A stretch of 64,000 bases of DNA, taken from the NCBI GenBank assembly GCA_902595755.1, contig CACJRF010000001.1, forward strand, positions 65,447-129,446, given 5' to 3'. This document shows positions 18,600-28,035 of the stretch, piece by piece. The stretch's first letter is position 1; each line of letters starts with the position of its first letter. The notes beneath the pieces are model-generated. The model did no database searches. It was given only the letters and a program-made list of their open reading frames with translations, and was not told where the DNA came from. This stretch comes from an uncultured Alphaproteobacteria bacterium (GTDB taxonomy: Bacteria > Pseudomonadota > Alphaproteobacteria > Methylaequorales > Methylaequoraceae). The position numbers and the translations under genes are program-made.

Positions 18600-19810
18600 T
18601 TAAAAATGATAAAACTTTTGTTGTCTTTGATTTAGGCTTTGGAAAAATTGCTTGCTTATCTTTCAAGATTCAAAACAAACAACCTAAGGTAGTTGGAATG
18701 GATTATCAAAAAAGTGAGGGGCTAGGTAACTTTTGTTTAGATAATTCAGAGAAACTTTCCTCAACCATTCAGAAAGTTTTAAATAATACACTTGGTAAAA
18801 ACTTTAAAAATAAAAATAATATTTTCTTTTCTAGTATTACCGATATAAATTCAGTTCAAAAAAAAAATTTATGTAGAATTAACACAGGATCTTTAGGTGT
18901 AACGAAAAAAGATATTAGAAAAATATTTAAAAAAAATCTTCTTGAATCAAAGATTAAAGGAAAAAAAATTATTCATTCTTTTCCACAAAACTTCATCTTA
19001 GATGAGGATAAAATTACAAGCCAACCAGTTACCCAAAAATGTGATAAACTCGGTATATCTTCTTTAAATATTATGACTGACCATAAACTCTTTAAAGAGT
19101 ATGAGAATTGTTTTAAAAAAATTAATATTAATATTGATAATTTTTTTGATTCTGGAATATCCTCTGCTTTTTCTGCATTGACAGAAAAAGAAAAAAATGA
19201 TGGTGTTGCGTGCATAGACATTGGAGCATCGACAACTAAAGTAGTAGTGATGCAAGACAAAAAAGTTATTTTTTCAAAAATTCTTCCGCTTGGAGGTAAC
19301 AATGTTACTGACGATTTGTATAAAGGTCTGGAAATTCCAAAGGAAACAGCTGAAACTATCAAAATACTTCACGGGACTTTATCGCCTAACTTTAATAACA
19401 ACATTGAAATAAGAATTAACTCAGTTCAACAAAAAAATATTAATAAGAATATTATATTTGGGATTATTAAACCAAGGTATGAGGAGATTCTTGAGATTAT
19501 AAGGGATTTCGTTTTTGATAATATTTATACAAGAGTTAGTGTTAAAGGTATAGTTTTCGCAGGAGGTGCCTCAAAAATATACGGTTTAAATTCTCTTGGG
19601 GAAAATATATTTAATAGGCACTGTAGGGTTAGTATGGCTGGAGTCAATCAGGGTTTTTTTTCAAATAAACCTGAGTTCAGTACAATTTTAGGAATGATAA
19701 AGTTAGCTCAAAATTACAAAGAATTACAAATTACAAAAAAAATACTATCATCCAGAGTTTTTAACGCAATTGATAGATTAGATAATTGGATAGAGGAAAG
19801 TTATGCTTAA
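18587..19810 (+). CDS. ftsA: Cell division protein FtsA (actin-like ATPase)
   Basis: 407 aa with ..ACIDIGASTTKVVV.., GG.NVT.D and ..FAGGASKI.GL. The C-terminal amphipathic segment is ..RVFNAIDRLDNWIEESYA. Confidence 0.92.
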   Translation: MFDLIKNDKTFVVFDLGFGKIACLSFKIQNKQPKVVGMDYQKSEGLGNFCLDNSEKLSSTIQKVLNNTLGKNFKNKNNIFFSSITDINSVQKKNLCRINTGSLGVTKKDIRKIFKKNLLESKIKGKKIIHSFPQNFILDEDKITSQPVTQKCDKLGISSLNIMTDHKLFKEYENCFKKININIDNFFDSGISSAFSALTEKEKNDGVACIDIGASTTKVVVMQDKKVIFSKILPLGGNNVTDDLYKGLEIPKETAETIKILHGTLSPNFNNNIEIRINSVQQKNINKNIIFGIIKPRYEEILEIIRDFVFDNIYTRVSVKGIVFAGGASKIYGLNSLGENIFNRHCRVSMAGVNQGFFSNKPEFSTILGMIKLAQNYKELQITKKILSSRVFNAIDRLDNWIEESYA

Positions 19811-19872
19811 ATTGTAATATTATGTAACTTTTTGTGAATAGCCTTAAATATTTTAATTAGTATAGTTAAAAT

Positions 19873-20805
19873 ATGAATTTATTAAAAAGAAAATCACTAG
19901 ATGAGTCAAAGTTCATTGACTTCGCTCCACCAAAACTAAAAACAGCTAAAACTGAGAAAACAATATCTAATTCTATTATGTTCTCTGGTATCGGCCTTCA
20001 TTCTGGTAAAAAGGTTACAATGAAATTATCACCTGCTCCAATTAACACAGGCTATGTTTTTAGAATTAAAAAAGAGAACAAAGTATTTAATATTAATGCC
20101 TCATTTGAAAATGTTAAATCAACCCAACTCTGTACAACTTTAGGTGATGCATACGGGAACACCATATCCACGGTTGAACATATATTATCCGCATTATATG
20201 GTTTAGATATCGATAACGTTTTCATAGATTTAGATAATAATGAAGTGCCAGTTAATGACGGATCTTCAAAAAAGTTTGTTGATGAAATTGATAGAGTAGG
20301 TGTAAGCGACCAACAATCATTTAAAGAGTATGTAAAAATAATTAGACCAATTGAGGTTTCTGAAGGTGAGAAGGTTGCTCGCGTTTTACCTTTTAGTTAT
20401 ACAATGTTTTCAACTGAAATTAATTATTCTAACAAAGTCATTGGTAAGCAAAGTATCTCACTCATGTTAAACAAAGATATTTACAGATCTCAAATCTGTG
20501 AAGCTAGGACCTTTGGACTATTAAGGGATGTAGAAGCACTTAGGAAAGCTAAATTAGCACTTGGAGGTGGGTTAAATAACGCAATTGTAGTAGATGAAGA
20601 TAAAATTCTTAATCCTGAGGGGCTTAGATTTAGTGATGAATTTGTCAGGCATAAGCTTCTAGATTTTATAGGTGATATAGCACTTTCAGGTAAAAAAATA
20701 ATTGGTTCCTTCTTCACTTCCCAGTCCGGACACAAACTCAATATTAAGTTAATCCAAAAAATATTTGAATCAGAAAAAAACTATGAGTTAGTAAGTTCCA
20801 ATTAA
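19873..20805 (+). CDS. lpxC: UDP-3-O-acyl-N-acetylglucosamine deacetylase LpxC
   Basis: 310 aa with GIGLHSGK.V...L.PAP.NTG, TVEHILSAL.GL.IDN, ARTFG and HKLLD.IGD..L.G. Confidence 0.95.
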   Translation: MNLLKRKSLDESKFIDFAPPKLKTAKTEKTISNSIMFSGIGLHSGKKVTMKLSPAPINTGYVFRIKKENKVFNINASFENVKSTQLCTTLGDAYGNTISTVEHILSALYGLDIDNVFIDLDNNEVPVNDGSSKKFVDEIDRVGVSDQQSFKEYVKIIRPIEVSEGEKVARVLPFSYTMFSTEINYSNKVIGKQSISLMLNKDIYRSQICEARTFGLLRDVEALRKAKLALGGGLNNAIVVDEDKILNPEGLRFSDEFVRHKLLDFIGDIALSGKKIIGSFFTSQSGHKLNIKLIQKIFESEKNYELVSSN

Positions 20806-20853
20806 ATAAAAAAAAACTTTATTAACCGACTAATTTATTTAAAAATATTCAAC

Positions 20854-21681
20854 ATGAAAATAAAATTGTTGGTATTTATTTTTTTGTTTCTACTTAATGC
20901 TTGTTCATCTGATAAAAATATAGTCATTAATAAACAATTAAATAATGATGTTGAAATCTATAATTCAGGGCTAAAATTATTAAAAAAGAGAAAATTTAAT
21001 GAAGCGATAGAAAGATTCACAGAACTTGAAATTCAGTATCCTTATTCTGACTGGTCAGCAAGAGGTCAAATGTTAATTGGATTTTCACATTATAGTAACA
21101 GAGAGTATGATGAAGCAATATTGTCATTATCAAAATTTACAGAGCTTAACCCAGATCATCCATTAGTACCTTATGCAATCTTTCTTAAAGGTTACTCTTA
21201 TTATGAGCGAATTCCAAACATTGAACTTGATCAGGAATATTCAGAAAAAGCATTACAGCAATTTTTAGAATTAACAAATAGATACCCAAACTCAAAATAT
21301 AAAAAAAAATCGTTTGAAATAATTAAAATCTTAAGGAATCATCTATCATCAAAAGAATTATTGATTGGGAAATTTTATCAGTCAAAAGGTAATTATTTAG
21401 CTGCTGTAAAACGTTATAAGCAAATCCTTAAAAAATATAAAAGATCAGTTCATACACCTGAATCACTTTTCAGACTAGTAGAGTCATACACCTCAATTGG
21501 TTTGGTTAAACAAGCTAATTATTTATATAAAATTCTTTCATACAATTTCCCTAAATCCTCATGGAAAAAAGAGGGAGATATATTAGCCAAAAAATATAAA
21601 ATCAATACAAATCTAAAAAAATATAAAAAACAAGCAATTGATTTAAACTACTTGAAAGATAAAGATTTTGAGCTTTTTTAA
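20854..21681 (+). CDS. bamD: Outer membrane protein assembly factor BamD (lipoprotein, TPR-like)
   Basis: 275 aa with a lipobox (FLLNAC) and TPR-like repeats (YPYSDW.., ..YPNSKY.., ..FPKSSW). Confidence 0.85.
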   Translation: MKIKLLVFIFLFLLNACSSDKNIVINKQLNNDVEIYNSGLKLLKKRKFNEAIERFTELEIQYPYSDWSARGQMLIGFSHYSNREYDEAILSLSKFTELNPDHPLVPYAIFLKGYSYYERIPNIELDQEYSEKALQQFLELTNRYPNSKYKKKSFEIIKILRNHLSSKELLIGKFYQSKGNYLAAVKRYKQILKKYKRSVHTPESLFRLVESYTSIGLVKQANYLYKILSYNFPKSSWKKEGDILAKKYKINTNLKKYKKQAIDLNYLKDKDFELF

Positions 21682-21683
21682 TA

Positions 21684-23330
21684 ATGCTAAAATATCTATC
21701 AATTAAAAATCTAATTCTAATCCAACATATTGAAATAAATTTTCAAAATGGACTCTCGGTTTTTACTGGAGAAACTGGTGCAGGTAAATCTATGATTCTA
21801 GACTCTTTATCCCTTATTTCAGGTGGAAGAACAAAATCATCAATAAAGCCTGAAAAGGGAAAGAAAACTATAATAACTGCAATTATTGATATACATCATT
21901 TTACAGAAATAAAAGTAAAACTAGATAATATCGGAATTGAAACAGATAATGAAATCATAATAAAAAGAATATTAGATGAGTATGGAAAATCTAAATCATT
22001 TATAAATGACACACCTGTAAGCTTAAATACGCTAAAGGATGTTACAGATGGTGTAATTGAAATTCATAGTCAATTTTCTGAACAAGGACTTCTTGATAAT
22101 ACAACACATATCGACACATTAGATAATTTTGGGACTAATAAAGACATACTTTCTAAACTAAAAGAAATTTGGGAGGATTTAAAATCTAAAGAAAATCTAT
22201 ACACAAGTGAACTTGAAGAATTCAAAAAGTTAAGTGAAACAAAACAAACATATGATTACGATTTAAAAGAACTAAGAAATTTAAATGCGGTTTCTGGGGA
22301 ATTTGAGGAATTAGAAAAAAAAAGAAAAATTATAAAAAATTTTATTAAAATTAATGAAACCTTATCAAAAGTTAATAATAATTTTTCATCTGATAGTATT
22401 CCAGGAATTGAAAAGCTAGCCTCAGAGAATTTAAAACTCTTAAATAGCATTGAAGATCTTTTAGATGATGAATCTATCAAACAAATAAAAACTCTAGAAT
22501 CAATAATTTTAGAAATAACAGAGATTTCAAAATTCTTTCAAAACTATATGCATCTAGAGGAGGGTGGCAAATCCATTGATGATATTGAAGATAGGATATC
22601 ATTATATAAAAAATTATCAAAAAAACATAATGTTAGTGAAGATGATTTAATAGAAGTAAAGGAATTAATAAAAAGTAAAGTAATATCTCTTGATAATAAA
22701 GAAAATAAACTTTTAGAAATAAGAAATGATCTTAATGAAACAAAAGAAAAATTTATTAATCATTCAGATTTAATTAGTTCTCAAAGATTGAAAAATTGCG
22801 AAGAACTTGATTTAAAAGTGAATAGTGAATTTTTAGATTTAAAATTAGAAAATGCAAGTTTTAAAACCTTCATTGAGAAAACAGAGTATAATGTCAAAGG
22901 TCAGGATAAAGTTACTTTTAAACTTCAAACAAATCCAAAATCTAAAATGGATGAAATAAAAAAAATTTCCTCGGGAGGTGAATTGTGTAGAATAGCATTA
23001 GCTCTAAAAGTGACAGCAGATAAAAATAAGTCATCTATTCTTTTTTTTGATGAAGTTGATAGTGGAATAGGTGGAGCTGTATCAGCCGCAGTAGGACAAA
23101 GGCTTAAAAGACTTGGAGAAAACCGTCAAGTTTGTGTAATTACTCACTCACCCCAGGTAGCATCAGTTGGCCAAAACCATTACAAAGTAACCAAGAGTAA
23201 ATTCGAAACTAAACTTATTAAATTAGATATAGAAGAGAGAATTCTCGAGATTGGACGTATGCTTTCTGCTGAAGAAATTACCTCCGAAGCTATTGAAGCT
23301 GCAAAAAAACTTATTGATGACTCAAATTAA
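21684..23330 (+). CDS. recN: DNA repair protein RecN
   Basis: 548 aa with an N-terminal Walker A (FTGETGAGKSM), a long coiled-coil middle, and the C-terminal SMC signature SGGELCRIALALK with Walker B ILFFDEVDSGIGG. Confidence 0.94.
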   Translation: MLKYLSIKNLILIQHIEINFQNGLSVFTGETGAGKSMILDSLSLISGGRTKSSIKPEKGKKTIITAIIDIHHFTEIKVKLDNIGIETDNEIIIKRILDEYGKSKSFINDTPVSLNTLKDVTDGVIEIHSQFSEQGLLDNTTHIDTLDNFGTNKDILSKLKEIWEDLKSKENLYTSELEEFKKLSETKQTYDYDLKELRNLNAVSGEFEELEKKRKIIKNFIKINETLSKVNNNFSSDSIPGIEKLASENLKLLNSIEDLLDDESIKQIKTLESIILEITEISKFFQNYMHLEEGGKSIDDIEDRISLYKKLSKKHNVSEDDLIEVKELIKSKVISLDNKENKLLEIRNDLNETKEKFINHSDLISSQRLKNCEELDLKVNSEFLDLKLENASFKTFIEKTEYNVKGQDKVTFKLQTNPKSKMDEIKKISSGGELCRIALALKVTADKNKSSILFFDEVDSGIGGAVSAAVGQRLKRLGENRQVCVITHSPQVASVGQNHYKVTKSKFETKLIKLDIEERILEIGRMLSAEEITSEAIEAAKKLIDDSN

Positions 23331-25062
23331 ATTGAAAACTCTTTTCTCTCAACCAAACTTTTTCTTCGCTTTTTAAATGAGGAGATATATTCTTATAGAT
23401 AGACTGATGATAATTATTTATCCACTGTTTTTGTTGAGTATTAAGCATTTCTTTATCAATTAAGTTTTTCTCATATGGAAACATTGTTAAAGTTTCAAAT
23501 TCAAGAAAATTTTTGGTCTTTGATTTTTTTACAAGCACTAGATTTTCAATTCTAATTCCATATTCTCCATTCTTATAAAAACCAGGTTCATTTGAAACTA
23601 TCATACCTTCTTGTAATTCTACATTGTTATAAGTCTTCGATATAGATTGAGGCCCTTCATGAACATTCAAAAAACTCCCTACTCCATGACCAGTACCATG
23701 ATTAAAATCAATTCCATTTTCCCAAAGAGAGTATCTAGCTAATGAATCAATCTGATAACCTTTGGTTCCTATCGGAAATTTAATCATACCTATGTTTAGA
23801 TGACCAATTAATACCCGCGTATACATCTTGATAAATTCCTTTTTTGGTTTTTTACCTAGATAGATTGTTCTAGTTACATCTGTTGTACCCCCATAATATT
23901 GTCCACCAGAGTCACACAAGTAGAGTTGACCTTTTTTTAACCTGAAACAATTTTTCTCATCTGGTTTATAGTGAATAATTGAACCATTACCCCCAACAGC
24001 AGATATGGTTGGAAAGCTTAATGAAAAAAAATCGTTACTCTCTTTTCGTAATTCTTCAAATTTTTTTGCAACTAAAAACTCATTCAATTTTTTGTTGTAT
24101 TCTTGCTTTTCAAGCCAATAGAAAAATTTTGTTAGACTTATGCCATCCTTAAGGTGAGCGTTTTTACTATATTTAATTTCATAACTATTTTTTCTAGCTT
24201 TCATAATCTTACATGGGTCCTCACCAATAGTAAGTTTATTCTTTCTATTTTTTAATAAGTTATAATAGAAATAAGAAACATTTGAATCTAAATAAATACT
24301 CTCCTTTTTATTAATTTTTTTTAAATACAAATCAAATTTAGAAGATGAAATGTAACAAATTGACTTATCATTTTTAATTAATTTTTCAGGTACTTTTTTT
24401 AAATCTATAAAAACATTTAATTTTTGCTTTGTTGCAATCAATCTACTCATAACTAAAGGAGAGTTTTCAAGATCATATCCCCTTATATTTAAAAGCCAGC
24501 AAATAGAATCTGGTGATGTAATAATAATAAATTTTGATTTATGATTTTGAAAAAGGGCATGATGTTTTTTTGCTACACTACAGCCAACAAATTCATTTTT
24601 AAGCTTAAAAATAAATTTTGTTTTTATAAGAGGACGATCCGTCCAAAGAGAATATATTAAATCCTTGGAATCATGTTCTATTCCTTTGTTTTTGTTACAA
24701 GTGATTTTTATTAGACGCTCTAAAAATTTATAATTAAAAGTCTTGAAATCTAAAAGGATTTTTTTTCCTACAAGATTATTCTTTGCAAAATCAAAAAAAT
24801 TAGTTTTTGGTATCTCAAGTATTTTAAATGATGAATCTATTTCTTTTTTTGCTTGTAATATATACCTCCCATCTGTAAAAAAATAATTCTTTTTTTTACC
24901 AATTAGTGCAATGCCATTTGATCCTGTAAAATTGGTTAACCATTTCAACTTCATATTTGAACTTGGTGTATATTCATTTAAGAACTCATCATTTGTATTG
25001 ACCAAATAATAGTCAAAATTTGTTTTTAAGAATTCTTTTTTAAAACTAAGAAAATTTACCAT
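23311..25062 (-). CDS. pepP: Xaa-Pro aminopeptidase (M24B family) with creatinase/prolidase-type N-terminal domains
   Basis: 583 aa with metal-binding motifs ..CDSGGQY.GGTTDVTRT.., HGTGHGVGSFLNVHEGP and ..SNEPGFY. The 3' end overlaps the recN 3' end by 20 nt. Confidence 0.85.
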   Translation of the reverse strand: MVNFLSFKKEFLKTNFDYYLVNTNDEFLNEYTPSSNMKLKWLTNFTGSNGIALIGKKKNYFFTDGRYILQAKKEIDSSFKILEIPKTNFFDFAKNNLVGKKILLDFKTFNYKFLERLIKITCNKNKGIEHDSKDLIYSLWTDRPLIKTKFIFKLKNEFVGCSVAKKHHALFQNHKSKFIIITSPDSICWLLNIRGYDLENSPLVMSRLIATKQKLNVFIDLKKVPEKLIKNDKSICYISSSKFDLYLKKINKKESIYLDSNVSYFYYNLLKNRKNKLTIGEDPCKIMKARKNSYEIKYSKNAHLKDGISLTKFFYWLEKQEYNKKLNEFLVAKKFEELRKESNDFFSLSFPTISAVGGNGSIIHYKPDEKNCFRLKKGQLYLCDSGGQYYGGTTDVTRTIYLGKKPKKEFIKMYTRVLIGHLNIGMIKFPIGTKGYQIDSLARYSLWENGIDFNHGTGHGVGSFLNVHEGPQSISKTYNNVELQEGMIVSNEPGFYKNGEYGIRIENLVLVKKSKTKNFLEFETLTMFPYEKNLIDKEMLNTQQKQWINNYHQSIYKNISPHLKSEEKVWLREKSFQFNLSHQ

Positions 25063-25063
25063 T

Positions 25064-25882
25064 TTAATACTTTATAAAAACTAAGCACACCCATCCATTT
25101 AACTTCATCGAGTCATATAATCTTAAATTTAACCCTCTTAATAATACAATAAAATAGTTAATTTGCGTATCTAAAATACCTGATATAAAGTAAAAACCTT
25201 TTTTTTTAATATTTTTACAAATATTACCAATAACTCTTTTATGTTCATTTAAAAGTAAATTTGCAACTATTAAGTCAAATTTTTTTTTTTTTAATATTAT
25301 ATTATTCATTCCGTAGCTTTTAATAAATATAAGATTATTTAGTTTGTTTATTTTTTTATTTTGTTGAAAATTATTTTTTGAATCTAATGAAATATCAGTA
25401 GCATAAATTTTTTTCTTTAACTTTATATTTAATATAAATGATAAAATTCCAGTCCCTGTACCAATATCTAGAGGAAGATTGAATTTAGTTTTTTTAATTA
25501 TTTTTTCAATACTTTTTATAATTAGAATTGTCGATTCATGACTACCAGTTCCAAAAGCTGAACTAGCTGGAATAATTATTTTATTTTTTGTTGTTGAAAT
25601 TTTTCTAAAACCTTGATGAAAAATAAATAAAGCAGTTTCGGTAGTTATATCGTTTTTTTTTATCTCTTTTATCCAATTTTTTTTTTCAACTTTTTCCAGT
25701 GTATAACTAATATCTTTGCAAAGATTATTAAGGAAAAAAATATCTTGCTCTAATTTATCTGAAAATATTTCAAACTTTACATTTTCATTTAAAAATCTGT
25801 ATGAAATATTATCAAAGCATTCAATTATTTTTATAATTTTTTCTTTACTACATTTAGGAATTATAAAGTTAATTTTTTTCAA
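25064..25882 (-). CDS. prmA: Ribosomal protein L11 methyltransferase PrmA
   Basis: 272 aa with ..SAFGTGSHESTIL.. and the SAM motif LDIGTGTGILS. Confidence 0.8.
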   Translation of the reverse strand: MKKINFIIPKCSKEKIIKIIECFDNISYRFLNENVKFEIFSDKLEQDIFFLNNLCKDISYTLEKVEKKNWIKEIKKNDITTETALFIFHQGFRKISTTKNKIIIPASSAFGTGSHESTILIIKSIEKIIKKTKFNLPLDIGTGTGILSFILNIKLKKKIYATDISLDSKNNFQQNKKINKLNNLIFIKSYGMNNIILKKKKFDLIVANLLLNEHKRVIGNICKNIKKKGFYFISGILDTQINYFIVLLRGLNLRLYDSMKLNGWVCLVFIKY

Positions 25883-25885
25883 ATT

Positions 25886-28033
25886 TTAAAGCTTCTTAAC
25901 ATAATCTGAAAATATTTTTATTATTTTATCATCATTTTCAAATCTTATCTGCAACTGATTTTCAGATGTACCTAAGACTAAACCTTTGCCAAAATGTTCA
26001 TGAAAAACTTTGTCACCAATATCAAAATTTGTGTTTACTAAATTTGATAGTTTTTGTTTCTCTTTTTTTTCTTTAGTTGATATTTGTAAAATTTTACAAC
26101 TTTCATCTGGAAGTTCTGATAAAAATCTTGAAGGTATGGATCTATATATAGAATAATTATATTGCTTTCTGAAATTTACATAAGATATATATAAATTTTT
26201 TCTTGCCCTTGTAATTCCAACATAACCAAGTCTCCTCTCTTCTTCAAGCCCCTTATTTCCATTTTCATCTAAACTTCTTTGATTTGGAAAGATACCTTCT
26301 TCCCATCCAGGAAGGAACACGTAATTAAATTCTAGTCCTTTAGCACTATGTAATGTCATTAGAGATATTTTTTCCAAGCCATCCGAGTTACTTAGAATAT
26401 CAGTTAGTAAACTCACCTCCTCCAAAAATTCATATATGGAATTTCTATTCTTAATATCTGAAACAAGTTTTTTTAAATTTTCTAGTTTACCATCGGCCTC
26501 AGGTGTTTTATCTGCCTGAAGCATTTCTATATATCCTACCTCTTCCAATAGTGAACCAGCCACTTCTGAGTGATCATCTTTATCAAGCATTTTACTATGA
26601 TTATTTAATATCTGTAAAAATTGTATACTTTTACTAAGTTGCTGACTTTTAATTTTTTTTGAATCAACAAGTCGATCTAGTGACTCAAATAAAGAAATAT
26701 TTTCTTTATTAGACAGTTCATACAATCTTTGTATAAACACTTTTCCCATACCTCTTTTTGGAATATTAATTATCCTTTCAAATGCAAGATTATCTGATTT
26801 ATTAATAAGGAGTCTAAAATAAGATAAAGCATCTTTTATTTCTGCTCTTTCATAAAACCTTAACCCACCTACAACTCTATATTTTATACCCTCTTTTAAA
26901 AATCTATCCTCAATATCTTTGAATTGAAAACTTGCTCTAGTTAATATAGCAATCTCTGATAAATTAGTTTTATTATTTACTAATGTTCTTATCTCTCTAG
27001 CGATATAAAGTGCTTCAGCCTCATCGTTTTCTAAATTTAAAATTTTAACTGGCTCACCATTCGAATCAGAGGTCCATAAATCTTTTCCAATTCTTTCTTC
27101 ATTCTCTGAAATTAATGAAGATGCTGTTTTAAGAATATTTCCTGTTGATCTGTAATTTTGCTCCAATCTAATTATTTTTGCTTCTGCAAAGTCTCTGTCA
27201 AAATTTAAAATATTTTTTAATTGAGCTCCTCTCCAACCATAAATTGACTGATCCTCATCTCCTACACAGCAGATATTTCTCTTGTTTCCAGTTAACAGTC
27301 TTAAAAGCATATATTGTGCACCATTAGTATCTTGATATTCGTCAACTAGAATAAATTTAAATTTTTTTTGGTAAGAATTTTGTACGTCTAAGTTATTTTT
27401 AAATAATTTTACGGGAAGGGTAATTAAATCGCCAAAATCAACAGAATTAAAATTTTTAAGTCTTTCTTGGTAAGCTTTATAAATCAAACTAAATTTACCA
27501 TCAGTTTTAACTTCAAATTCATGATTAGTGATATCTTCAGGAAATAATCCCGAATTTTTTGCTTGATCAATCATATAAAGAAAATTTTTTGGAACATAAC
27601 GTTTTTCATCTAAATTAAGAAAACTAATAACTTGTTTTAATAGTCTCAATTGATCAGAGGTGTCTAAGATTGTAAAATCATTCTTTAAATTAATAAGGTC
27701 AGCGTGTTTTCTTAGGAATCTTACTCCTATTGAGTGGAATGTTCCAATAAACATTCCTTCAACAGGAATATTGAGAATCTTTTCTACTCTTTGTTTCATT
27801 TCTAATGCTGCTTTATTTGTAAAAGTCACAGCTAGAATTTCATTAGTCTTTGCCAATCTCTTATAAATTAAATTAGCTAATCGTGTAGTCAAAACTTTTG
27901 TTTTCCCTGTGCCTGCACCAGATAATACTAGTAATGGACCATCCGTTTCGCTCACAGCTATCTTTTGTTGTTCATTTAGATTTGCAACAAAATCTGGTTC
28001 TGGAATTGATATTCTTTTATTTTTAATATCCAT
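25886..28033 (-). CDS. uvrD: ATP-dependent DNA helicase, UvrD/Rep/PcrA family (SF1)
   Basis: 715 aa with LNEQQ..AV, GAGTGKT, VDEYQDTN, GD.DQSIY.WRGA, NYRST, T.H.AKGLEF and VG.TRA. The C-terminal Tudor-like tail is ..GDKVFHEHFGKG. Confidence 0.93.
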   Translation of the reverse strand: MDIKNKRISIPEPDFVANLNEQQKIAVSETDGPLLVLSGAGTGKTKVLTTRLANLIYKRLAKTNEILAVTFTNKAALEMKQRVEKILNIPVEGMFIGTFHSIGVRFLRKHADLINLKNDFTILDTSDQLRLLKQVISFLNLDEKRYVPKNFLYMIDQAKNSGLFPEDITNHEFEVKTDGKFSLIYKAYQERLKNFNSVDFGDLITLPVKLFKNNLDVQNSYQKKFKFILVDEYQDTNGAQYMLLRLLTGNKRNICCVGDEDQSIYGWRGAQLKNILNFDRDFAEAKIIRLEQNYRSTGNILKTASSLISENEERIGKDLWTSDSNGEPVKILNLENDEAEALYIAREIRTLVNNKTNLSEIAILTRASFQFKDIEDRFLKEGIKYRVVGGLRFYERAEIKDALSYFRLLINKSDNLAFERIINIPKRGMGKVFIQRLYELSNKENISLFESLDRLVDSKKIKSQQLSKSIQFLQILNNHSKMLDKDDHSEVAGSLLEEVGYIEMLQADKTPEADGKLENLKKLVSDIKNRNSIYEFLEEVSLLTDILSNSDGLEKISLMTLHSAKGLEFNYVFLPGWEEGIFPNQRSLDENGNKGLEEERRLGYVGITRARKNLYISYVNFRKQYNYSIYRSIPSRFLSELPDESCKILQISTKEKKEKQKLSNLVNTNFDIGDKVFHEHFGKGLVLGTSENQLQIRFENDDKIIKIFSDYVKKL

Positions 28034-28035
28034 TC

